Shown here: positions 1 through 7,550 of the stretch, one piece after another | How positions within the stretch are numbered: the stretch's first letter is position 1 | How the letters are laid out: every line of letters begins with the position of its first letter | IMG/VR virus record: IMGVR_UViG_3300020057_001237 | DNA length: 64,000 nucleotides | Reading direction: 5' to 3' (one strand) | Source: an uncultured virus (IMG/VR IMGVR_UViG_3300020057_001237) | Lineage: Duplodnaviria > Heunggongvirae > Uroviricota > Caudoviricetes | Program-made: the position numbers and the translations under genes | Notes under the pieces: generated by a model | What the model was told of the DNA's origin: nothing | Seen by the model: the letters and a program-made list of their open reading frames with translations, nothing else | The model's database searches: none

Positions 1-237
1 ATGTCCGAGCCAAACTTCAAGCTCGATTCCTTACTGACGCTTTTTTTAAGCGGCATTACTTACCCACCTAAAAACTTCGTAGAAAATTTACTGAAAGACT
101 CGACCTCAGCTCAGCTCATTGCTCCAGCTAGGGAAGCCTTTGGCTATTTCCAAAAGAGCAAGCATAAAGAGTTTTGGTGTGAGGTGGTCTATCTTTTAGA
201 GGGGGGTGTATCATCGAAAGTGGGAACGGATCAGTGA
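1..237 (+). CDS. Hypothetical protein (may be 5'-truncated by the window)
   Basis: Open ORF whose stop overlaps the next start (GTGA); no recognisable motif. Confidence 0.5.
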   Translation: MSEPNFKLDSLLTLFLSGITYPPKNFVENLLKDSTSAQLIAPAREAFGYFQKSKHKEFWCEVVYLLEGGVSSKVGTDQ

Positions 238-686
238 TTAACTTGTTTCCAGCAATGGAAAGGAAGGAATCAGAAAAACGACGAGTCGAGTTATTTGAGC
301 AGACGAATAAAGAGTTTTTTCAGGGTATTTCAGATCTCGTAGTGAAGTTCCAAGCGAAGTTCGAGGAGCAAGAAGCCGAAGCGGGAGAACTTTTAGGGGA
401 AGGCTTTCAAGACTTCGCCATCGCTAGCATCCTCACCTTCTTTTCAGGCTACTACCTCAACCGTCTCTACGGCAAAGACCTTCAATACCCCATGGCGATA
501 ACAATTAAAGAGCGGGAGCTAGAACAGCTCGCCGTCGTCCTTCTGCAAAGAATGCTTCATATTACCAAAAACTTGAAGGACGTGAAGTTGAACGAGGAAA
601 TGGCTAACTCGGCTCTTTTCAAGAGAATCATGAAAGAGCGAAAAGAGAAAATCAAAAACATGGAGGAAGAACCTAAAGAAGAATGA
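234..686 (+). CDS. Hypothetical helical protein
   Basis: 150-aa ORF coupled to the upstream stop; no motif recognised. Confidence 0.6.
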   Translation: MINLFPAMERKESEKRRVELFEQTNKEFFQGISDLVVKFQAKFEEQEAEAGELLGEGFQDFAIASILTFFSGYYLNRLYGKDLQYPMAITIKERELEQLAVVLLQRMLHITKNLKDVKLNEEMANSALFKRIMKERKEKIKNMEEEPKEE

Positions 687-693
687 CGACTGG

Positions 694-1173
694 TCACTTC
701 TTAAAGCGGTGGATACCCATATAGAGGTTGTTACCCTTCAAGCCTTTATCCTTGTTCATGAGGTAAAGAATGGTCGCAAACAAATGTTTGCAGACATACG
801 GGCGTAGCTTGGGGTTAGTAACTTTGGGTATGCGTCTGTTACTATTGTTTATCTCGCTGCTCTTGTGTAGAGTTAATACAACTTCCAGGTAGTACGTAAA
901 ATACGGGCAGCTACAGTGACACCAAATTTGGCTGTCAGGTACGAATTTGAACTCTTTCGGGTTCGACTTGGTGCCGTAGTTTCTAACTTGAAGTGTGTAG
1001 CGATCCCCTGTGCTGTCGGGATTATTCAGGCTCGTGTTGGTAATGACTCTGCGGTAGTTGCCTTTCTGTTTCTCTTCACTACCAGTGTCATCGAGGGTAA
1101 TGATGCGAGGCTGCCTAGCTCTATCACCGACTTTTTTCGGTGTCAAAGCTAAAAGTTGTTTCAAAAGCATCAT
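694..1173 (-). CDS. SWIM-type zinc-finger protein
   Basis: CHCSCPYF...VCKHL matches the SWIM CxC-xn-CxH pattern; GAGGTG RBS upstream. Confidence 0.7.
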   Translation of the reverse strand: MMLLKQLLALTPKKVGDRARQPRIITLDDTGSEEKQKGNYRRVITNTSLNNPDSTGDRYTLQVRNYGTKSNPKEFKFVPDSQIWCHCSCPYFTYYLEVVLTLHKSSEINNSNRRIPKVTNPKLRPYVCKHLFATILYLMNKDKGLKGNNLYMGIHRFKK

Positions 1174-1214
1174 ACGATAATCACCTCACTTAAAGACTAA
1201 ATCTTGGGAGAAAT

Positions 1215-2525
1215 ATGCGTAAAAGAAAAGTATCCAACCTCAAACAGTTCGACGCTTACATTGAGGGTGACGGCGAACTCCGCAAGATCATCTTTTCGGA
1301 GGCTCCCGCCTCGCAGCAAGTGATCTTCGAGTTGTTTTCTCAGCTCGATCATACCTACTACAGTCTGTTCCTAACGCTAGCCGCTGTACCGTCTTCTACC
1401 TTTTGGGACATTCTCCTGTCTCAGCTCTCAGCTATCTCAAGCGGCTCTGCCCGTAATAGAAACTTCTGCGAAGACTACGAACTCCTCAAACCGGTCAAAG
1501 AGGACCGTACTTGCCACTCGTCGCTCAGAGGTAAGGCTTTAGACTTAGTAGGCGCAAGCCACGCACTCTGGTTTGATTTAGCGGACCCCTTCTACAGCGA
1601 GAAGCCGAACACCGTAGGCTTGTGGACGGCGCTATCCTTCCTCAACCCGAGCCGCATGGTGTGGGAGTGGTGGTTTGAAAGCCGAGCACGGGAAGCCAAA
1701 AAGATCATTCAAGATATTCGCAAAGATCCGGCAACCACTGAAGACCGGCTGATTGCTTGGGGAAATACCATAGGTCTCCTTAACTCCAAGAAGCACGCCT
1801 TTACCCTCGCCAAAGAATTTACCATAGCCTTCGACCTTGCCACCGACATCAAACACAAAATTGCCAAACCCTATCTACGGCTTGTCTACACCATTACTAA
1901 GTCCATCGCCGCTTACAATCAGCCAGGTCAATTCTTTGACACGTTCAACATTGCTTGTGCGGGACTTATGCGTTCCATAGCTAAGTATGCACCTTCTATG
2001 GCTATGGCTTTTTCAAACTTTGCAGATCGGGAGATACGCTATGAAATTTATTACCAGTTAGGTAACTACAACTTGGTAGCTCTCCCCCATAAGAGTTGGC
2101 AGCGTTACCGTGAGTTTGAAACGCTGCGTAAGCAATACTTCTCCGAGAACGGCAAAGAACCCTCCTTAGAAGACTTGATTAAGACCCACTCACTTCCCCG
2201 TGAGGAGGTCTACGAGATCTACCGGCAGGTTGCCATGCAGAACCCTCACAGTCTTGACCAAAAGGTCTTCAACGAGGACCGAGCTTCCAACAATCAGGCT
2301 ACCTTAAAAGACCGCATTGAAGATCCCCGCACCCTAGAAAACAGACGCCTGTTAGAGAACCAAGAAGTTCTTTTGCTCGCTCTTTTGCGCTTGTCGCAGC
2401 AGTCACGTAAGATCTTTATTGCCGCTCAAAACCTTTGCGATTTGGTGCAAGATTTGCCTCCCCAAAAGGACGAACTTGAAGCATTTTTCTTCGGAAAAAA
2501 CATCCAGCAAAGAGCTTGCACCTGA
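1215..2525 (+). CDS. Divergent sigma70-family RNA polymerase sigma factor (regions 2 and 3 present, region 4 HTH not evident)
   Basis: YLRLVYTITK...ACAGLMRSIAKY...FSNFADREIRYEI aligns by eye to region 2 (NLRLVVSIAK...GNIGLMKAVEKF...FSTYATWWIRQAI); GKEPSLEDL...PHSLD resembles region 3; GGAG RBS. Confidence 0.8.
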   Translation: MRKRKVSNLKQFDAYIEGDGELRKIIFSEAPASQQVIFELFSQLDHTYYSLFLTLAAVPSSTFWDILLSQLSAISSGSARNRNFCEDYELLKPVKEDRTCHSSLRGKALDLVGASHALWFDLADPFYSEKPNTVGLWTALSFLNPSRMVWEWWFESRAREAKKIIQDIRKDPATTEDRLIAWGNTIGLLNSKKHAFTLAKEFTIAFDLATDIKHKIAKPYLRLVYTITKSIAAYNQPGQFFDTFNIACAGLMRSIAKYAPSMAMAFSNFADREIRYEIYYQLGNYNLVALPHKSWQRYREFETLRKQYFSENGKEPSLEDLIKTHSLPREEVYEIYRQVAMQNPHSLDQKVFNEDRASNNQATLKDRIEDPRTLENRRLLENQEVLLLALLRLSQQSRKIFIAAQNLCDLVQDLPPQKDELEAFFFGKNIQQRACT

Positions 2526-2534
2526 TGACCAGCA

Positions 2535-2561
2535 AGGCTCACCAGTCTTTCTTTGGTGAGC
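2535..2561 (+). terminator. Hairpin just after the sigma gene (possible weak terminator or part of the SSB leader)
   Basis: GGCTCACCA-N9-TGGTGAGCC followed by a pyrimidine-rich tract. Confidence 0.45.
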
Positions 2562-2585
2562 CCCTTCCCTTTTAGGAAAACTTCG

Positions 2586-2668
2586 TTTACTCTGGTTATC
2601 ACACTGAAGAGATTTAGTGTTGCCGTCGTCCACGGCTGAGTATTGAGTAACAGAGAAACCAGAGTAAA
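2586..2668 (+). promoter_or_regulatory. Structured 5' leader RNA upstream of the SSB gene
   Basis: TTTACTCTGGTT (2586-2597) pairs perfectly with AACCAGAGTAAA (2657-2668), enclosing an 8-bp stem with a GAGA tetraloop and a GCCGT/ACGGC hairpin; it ends directly before the AAGGAG RBS. Confidence 0.6.
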
Positions 2669-2684
2669 AAGGAGTAACAAGAGT

Positions 2685-3836
2685 ATGGCTAGGTCCCTCG
2701 ATGATGTCACCGCCTACACAGGCAAATCCCGCAAATGGTCAGACGGTCTCAAACCCTACAAGTTTAAAGAAGGTTGGAACAAAGTTCGTTTATACGGCTT
2801 GGTCTACACCGACTATAGACACACTGTAAAAACGACAAGCTCGGCTTATTACGAGTTCTGTCATGGTTGGGACGAAGCTAACGAGCGTTGGTTCGCTGAC
2901 CGTGAAGACAAGTGCGAATGCTGTCGGATGAAAGTCCAAGGCTCTATTCGTTACTTTATGAACGTCTTCGATCTCGATGTTTGGGAAAACCAACCACGAA
3001 ATCCTCCACCCGATTGGTCGCCAATTTTCTTGGCGGAATTTAGCCCGTCGCTCATGACCACAATCTTAAATTTCAAACCGCTCAATGGTGGATTCTCGGT
3101 TGCTCACGAAAAGAACGGTGCGGTTATCGGAGTCAAGTACGATAAATCGGCAGCTCCAGCACAGATGTACACATCGACGTTGAGCGAAAAGAATTGGATG
3201 TTCACAGAAGAGATGGCGGCACTTACCGTTGTCCAAGAACTTCCTGATGGTCGTCGCGTTGTCAACAAAGGTAACGGCAAGATTCCAGGTGCTTTCGAGT
3301 ACCACCGTGGCGTTGGAGATCGTGCTAACATGGTTAGCGGTCTTACCCGTTACGGTTACTACGGTAACACCGAAGGTCAATCAAATGGTGGAACAGCTCA
3401 TGCTGCGTCACCTGAAGTCCACAGCAAGGCTACGGCTGCTATGCAGCAGCTTCAAGCTCTTGACGTTGACGGTCCCGACGACAAACCTGCCCCTCGTGTT
3501 TCCAACGTGAAACAATTGGCTCAGCTACACGCCCAAGAGGACGCACCTGCCCCAAAGGCTAGTGCTCCCGTGAGAGCTGCACCGCCGCCCCAACCGGTTG
3601 CGGAGGACATCGAGGAGACTGAAATCCCTTTTGAAAAACCCCTACAGCGGACTGTTGCCGCTGTAGGGGGTCAAGCGGGAAGGGCTCCTCAAGGCTGCCC
3701 TACTGATTACGGGCAGTTCGCTAGGGCTCAAATGTGCTTCACACGTTGCAGTGTGCGGAAAGCATGTGAGTCGGCAAGCGGTTCTTCCACAATGCAGAAA
3801 GCGGTCGGAGCAGATTTCGACGATGATAGTCTATAG
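2685..3836 (+). CDS. Single-stranded DNA-binding protein, T4 gp32-like
   Basis: GWNKVRL, H...C...CECC putative Zn ligands, RYFMNV strand, long low-complexity linker, acidic C-terminus DFDDDSL; lies upstream of recA; ATG 2685 follows AAGGAG. Confidence 0.7.
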   Translation: MARSLDDVTAYTGKSRKWSDGLKPYKFKEGWNKVRLYGLVYTDYRHTVKTTSSAYYEFCHGWDEANERWFADREDKCECCRMKVQGSIRYFMNVFDLDVWENQPRNPPPDWSPIFLAEFSPSLMTTILNFKPLNGGFSVAHEKNGAVIGVKYDKSAAPAQMYTSTLSEKNWMFTEEMAALTVVQELPDGRRVVNKGNGKIPGAFEYHRGVGDRANMVSGLTRYGYYGNTEGQSNGGTAHAASPEVHSKATAAMQQLQALDVDGPDDKPAPRVSNVKQLAQLHAQEDAPAPKASAPVRAAPPPQPVAEDIEETEIPFEKPLQRTVAAVGGQAGRAPQGCPTDYGQFARAQMCFTRCSVRKACESASGSSTMQKAVGADFDDDSL

Positions 3837-4149
3837 TCAAAAACCGGAAGAACAATATTACGAGGCAGCGGCGGGGAAACCCGCTGCTGTCCTCCTTCTT
3901 GGCGAACTCAATGAGCAGTGGACTACCCACGTTCTTGAGTTTCTCAAGAAGCATCAGGTTCCAGTCTTTTTCTTCCCGTGGTCCAAGATCCCTGAGCTGC
4001 GTGTGCAGCTCAATCTCACTCGTTATCCTGTTACACAACTTTGGGTAAACGACGAGCTTGCAAAGGAGATCTACGGCTTCCACGAAGAAGAGCTGGAGTC
4101 CTTCGTCAAACAATTCTTCAACAAAGCGAGGGTGCGTAATGGCAGCTAA
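3823..4149 (+). CDS. Thioredoxin-fold protein lacking CxxC
   Basis: PELRVQLNLTRYPVTQLWVNDELAKEIYG resembles the thioredoxin C-terminal half with its cis-Pro motif; no Cys in the protein from ATG 3823; GGAG RBS. Confidence 0.6.
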   Translation: MIVYSQKPEEQYYEAAAGKPAAVLLLGELNEQWTTHVLEFLKKHQVPVFFFPWSKIPELRVQLNLTRYPVTQLWVNDELAKEIYGFHEEELESFVKQFFNKARVRNGS

Positions 4150-5596
4150 AGACAAAGACAAAGCTAAAGAAACCGTGTCGGGGGAAGAAGCGGATTTTGA
4201 ACCCGGTAAGGTATACAATCAATTTGAAGCAATGAGCAAAATCGTCGCCCTTCAAAAGGTGATGGATAAAGCAGCTCAAGACCAAGGCATGTACTTCACG
4301 GCAATGAGCGGTGAAGTGATGCGGCGTGGTTCTATTTCCACAGGTTCACTTGCTCTTGACCTCGTTATGGGCGGTGGTCATCAGCCGGGACGTTTCACGT
4401 ATTTCTACGGACCAACGGGTTCAGGTAAGAGTACCATTCTTTACCAAAGCATCTTGGACCCGTTAGACAGAAACCTGCCCGTCAACTTTCTCGACTACGA
4501 AGCTTCCACCGATCCCGAGTACCTAGAAAAGCTAGGCATTGACCTTGCTGTACTTGGTCAGCGGAACAAAAAAGGTGAGTGGATAGTTGAGCCCCGGCTG
4601 CGCTACACGCAGCCAAACACCGTAGAAGAAGGCTTCGGCTATCTCCGCAATCTTCTCATTGCGCTGCCTGACAAGATCATGATGATGGATGACGAAGAGC
4701 CTCGGTTCTTTGTGGTTGCAACTGACTATCAGTACCAGCTCACATGGCGTTCTATTAACGAAGGTCTTAAGAAGAAGAAGGTTTACGAAGTTGAAGACGG
4801 CTCTCCACAGCTTGTCGTAATGCTCGACTCCTTCAATGCCGCTACGCCGAAAGCAGCAGACGTTCGCTACGGCGAAGGTCAAGACGTAGGTCTTCTCGCA
4901 AAGGCGCTATCTCAAGGCTTGCAGCTTACGAAGTCTTTGCTTGGCAAAAAGATGGTGAACTTGATCGGCGTCAACGCCCTCAAAATCAATCCGATGGCGA
5001 GGATGCAGAACCCAGAAACAGAGCCGGGCGGTACGGCGATGCAGCTTTACCCGGACGTGAAGATCAAGGTCGTCACGAGCCGCTCGCAAAGCAGTGTGGT
5101 TGAAGAGGCACATCTTTCCGGCACAGGTATCGACCGCTACCTCACCGGTATGGCTACGGTCATCAAGAACAAGGGTGGTTCGGCTTTCCGTAAGATGCCT
5201 TACCGCATTTGGCATGACGAACTCGGAGAGCCTAAGGGCGGCTTCGATCCCGTCTTCGACACCTACACGTATCTTCAAGAGACTAGTCAGGTTGACACCG
5301 CTAAAGACGGCACCATCAAAATTCTCGTTCCAGGTTACGAGTCACCAGAGTATATGCCGATGATGTCCTTCAAGGAATTTATCCTTGCTGACTCGAAAGC
5401 TGCTCAGTTCCGCATTGCGCTCAGAGAGCAATTGAAGAGCGGCAAAGCGCTCGACATGTACTACGACACCATCAAAGGTCGCTCCGGTAAAAATAAGCCT
5501 AAAGCTTACAACAGCAAGGGTTTAGGTGTGACGGCGGGTAGCGATAGCGGTGATGACGGTGATGACTCTGGCGACGACAACACCATTGACCTTTGA
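4139..5596 (+). CDS. recA: RecA/UvsX-family recombinase
   Basis: ISTGSLALDLVMGGG, Walker A GPTGSGKS, FLDYE, Walker B VVMLDS, NPETEPGG, VIKNK motifs. Confidence 0.93.
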   Translation: MAAKDKDKAKETVSGEEADFEPGKVYNQFEAMSKIVALQKVMDKAAQDQGMYFTAMSGEVMRRGSISTGSLALDLVMGGGHQPGRFTYFYGPTGSGKSTILYQSILDPLDRNLPVNFLDYEASTDPEYLEKLGIDLAVLGQRNKKGEWIVEPRLRYTQPNTVEEGFGYLRNLLIALPDKIMMMDDEEPRFFVVATDYQYQLTWRSINEGLKKKKVYEVEDGSPQLVVMLDSFNAATPKAADVRYGEGQDVGLLAKALSQGLQLTKSLLGKKMVNLIGVNALKINPMARMQNPETEPGGTAMQLYPDVKIKVVTSRSQSSVVEEAHLSGTGIDRYLTGMATVIKNKGGSAFRKMPYRIWHDELGEPKGGFDPVFDTYTYLQETSQVDTAKDGTIKILVPGYESPEYMPMMSFKEFILADSKAAQFRIALREQLKSGKALDMYYDTIKGRSGKNKPKAYNSKGLGVTAGSDSGDDGDDSGDDNTIDL

Positions 5597-5605
5597 GGAT
5601 CTGCC

Positions 5606-6319
5606 GTGAACGTTCTTTGGGCATCATGTAACTCTACGTCATTAGATCCTATGCACGCACACATCATCGACCTGTCGATCTGTGTACAGAGAAAGCAAAA
5701 GATCGGTTCCATTAAAACGGTAAAGCTCCGTCCTGTTCTACTTAGCGATGATCTTCAGTCGCAGGGCTTAAGTGCTGAATCCATTTGTAAGGTCGTCAAC
5801 GGTAAGTCCGGCGACCCTAGGAAACAGCTAACGATCTGCGAAGACGATGGAACGCCGCTTTTCTTGTACAGCAAAGAGACCGTTGAAAAGTTTCTACATT
5901 ATGACCCCAAAGAACTTGTTTTCGGTGAGAGCCGTTTAGATCCCTTAGAGTTTCTAAACAAGCTCAGAGCTTTTCTAGGCAATGACAAATGGGTACTAGC
6001 TGGGTGGGGTATTGATTATCTCGCCCAGCTTCTTGAAGATTGGTCGAGCCGACTTCTTGATAAAGAGGCACATTCCCATTTCATGCGGACCATCCTCGGC
6101 TCGCCGACAATGGATCTGATTCAACCCGTGCGGCTTGCCCGCATGTTCGATCCTGCCTACGGCGACAGCTTTGCTCTGTCTGCTGTTGCACAAAGACTGG
6201 GTTTACAGGTAGACCAGAGTACAGAATCAAAGCTGAAAGCGATCCTTACAATCGCCAAGAAATTAGGTGGAGCTGAATATGTCGTCCCTAGCGCTGAAGT
6301 ATCGTCCAAAATCGCTTGA
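5606..6319 (+). CDS. DnaQ/DEDD exonuclease-like protein with degenerate active site
   Basis: N-terminus VLWASCNSTSLDP...IIDLS mirrors ExoI (DxETTGLDP..IIEI) without the acidic residues; LAGWGIDY and FALSAVAQRLGL mirror later motifs; directly upstream of dnaX. Confidence 0.55.
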   Translation: MNVLWASCNSTSLDPMHAHIIDLSICVQRKQKIGSIKTVKLRPVLLSDDLQSQGLSAESICKVVNGKSGDPRKQLTICEDDGTPLFLYSKETVEKFLHYDPKELVFGESRLDPLEFLNKLRAFLGNDKWVLAGWGIDYLAQLLEDWSSRLLDKEAHSHFMRTILGSPTMDLIQPVRLARMFDPAYGDSFALSAVAQRLGLQVDQSTESKLKAILTIAKKLGGAEYVVPSAEVSSKIA

Positions 6320-7550
6320 CGAAGTAATTGGACAAGAGCGAGCCGTCGCAGCTCTAAAAGGTTTTCTTAAAAAAGTAACTCACACGGCGAATCCTGGCGT
6401 TCACCCAAATGATATCAGTGATCGTTTGAACAGAGGCATCTTGCTTTGCGGTCCTACGGGAACGGGCAAGACTTCGCTCGCTCGTATCCTTGCCCACGCC
6501 GTCAACTGTGAAGCGTCAAATGCTGACGGCACGGTCTGTGGAGCTTGCTCATACTGCCGTGAGGTTGCGAAGGGCAACTACCCAGAGCTGCTAGAGCTGA
6601 ACTTCTCTGACACCCGTGGTATCGACACCATTCGTCAACTCCAAGAGACGCTCTCCTACGAGCCGATGACCAACTACAAAGTCATCATTCTCGACGAGAT
6701 GCACAACATGACGAAGGACGCCGCTAACGCCTTCTTGAAACCGTTAGAAGAACCACCTCCTGGTGTTCTTTTCATTTTGGCAACTACGGAACCTGCGAAG
6801 GTTCTACCGGCTATCATCAACCGCTGTTTGACGCTTAGGCTCGGCACAGTCGAAGACGATAAGCTTTTTGCTCACATGAAGAAAATCGCAGCCGCCGAAG
6901 AAGTTACGGTCCCTGACTACGCTTTGAAGTACGCCGTCATGTCAGCGAAGGGCTCGGTGCGTCATGCGATCTCGTCGCTTGAAGCCATTATCATGGCTCT
7001 CGCAAGCGACCCCACGCTTGATTTAAGCAGACACGACAACTTAAGCCGTCTTCTTTACACGTCTGAAGAAAGTGTGGCTTCTTTTTGCGAGTTTTTACTT
7101 GCAGGTGTTTACGCAGGTCGTTACGCAAAGTCTTTGGGTACGCTGAACATGCTTGCGAAACAACCTCAAATCAACTTGAAGAACTTCTTTAGCAACGCCT
7201 ACAACTTCCACATGCAGGCTTTCCACTTCATTATTGATCCAAAGAAGGTAACTACTAACCTTTTTGATTCCTATTACGACGACTGGTATAAATCCATCGT
7301 CGATGCAACGAAGGCTACGCAGAACGGTCGTGGAGTTTTTCGCCTTACCGTAGAAGCCGCTGCCGAAGTCGTGCCATTGCTTGGTGAGCTTTGTGAGAAA
7401 TTGAAAGCTTTTGATGCTGATTTTTACAAGCTTTGCACCAGCTATACAGTTAAGATGATTCAAATTGTTCAAACCTACGATCACCTTGCGTACACTCAAG
7501 CGAGCAGGTTTCATAAGGTCCACGCCACGCCGGAGGCTATGCAACAATGA
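6279..7550 (+). CDS. dnaX: DNA polymerase III clamp-loader subunit gamma/tau-like
   Basis: LALKYRPKSLDEVIGQ, GPTGTGKT, C4 Zn module, ILDEMH, LEEPP, FILATTE, NRC arginine finger. Confidence 0.93.
   Translation: MSSLALKYRPKSLDEVIGQERAVAALKGFLKKVTHTANPGVHPNDISDRLNRGILLCGPTGTGKTSLARILAHAVNCEASNADGTVCGACSYCREVAKGNYPELLELNFSDTRGIDTIRQLQETLSYEPMTNYKVIILDEMHNMTKDAANAFLKPLEEPPPGVLFILATTEPAKVLPAIINRCLTLRLGTVEDDKLFAHMKKIAAAEEVTVPDYALKYAVMSAKGSVRHAISSLEAIIMALASDPTLDLSRHDNLSRLLYTSEESVASFCEFLLAGVYAGRYAKSLGTLNMLAKQPQINLKNFFSNAYNFHMQAFHFIIDPKKVTTNLFDSYYDDWYKSIVDATKATQNGRGVFRLTVEAAAEVVPLLGELCEKLKAFDADFYKLCTSYTVKMIQIVQTYDHLAYTQASRFHKVHATPEAMQQ

Noticed and set aside
2522..2668. Hammerhead ribozyme suggested by CTGATGA/CTGAAGA and GAAAC words
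   Set aside because: Stem I cannot form and stem II lacks the required closing pairs in either register
6279..7550. Programmed tau/gamma frameshift in dnaX
   Set aside because: The only A6G run noticed is near the N-terminus and in the wrong phase; the gene is gamma-length and ends by ATGA coupling
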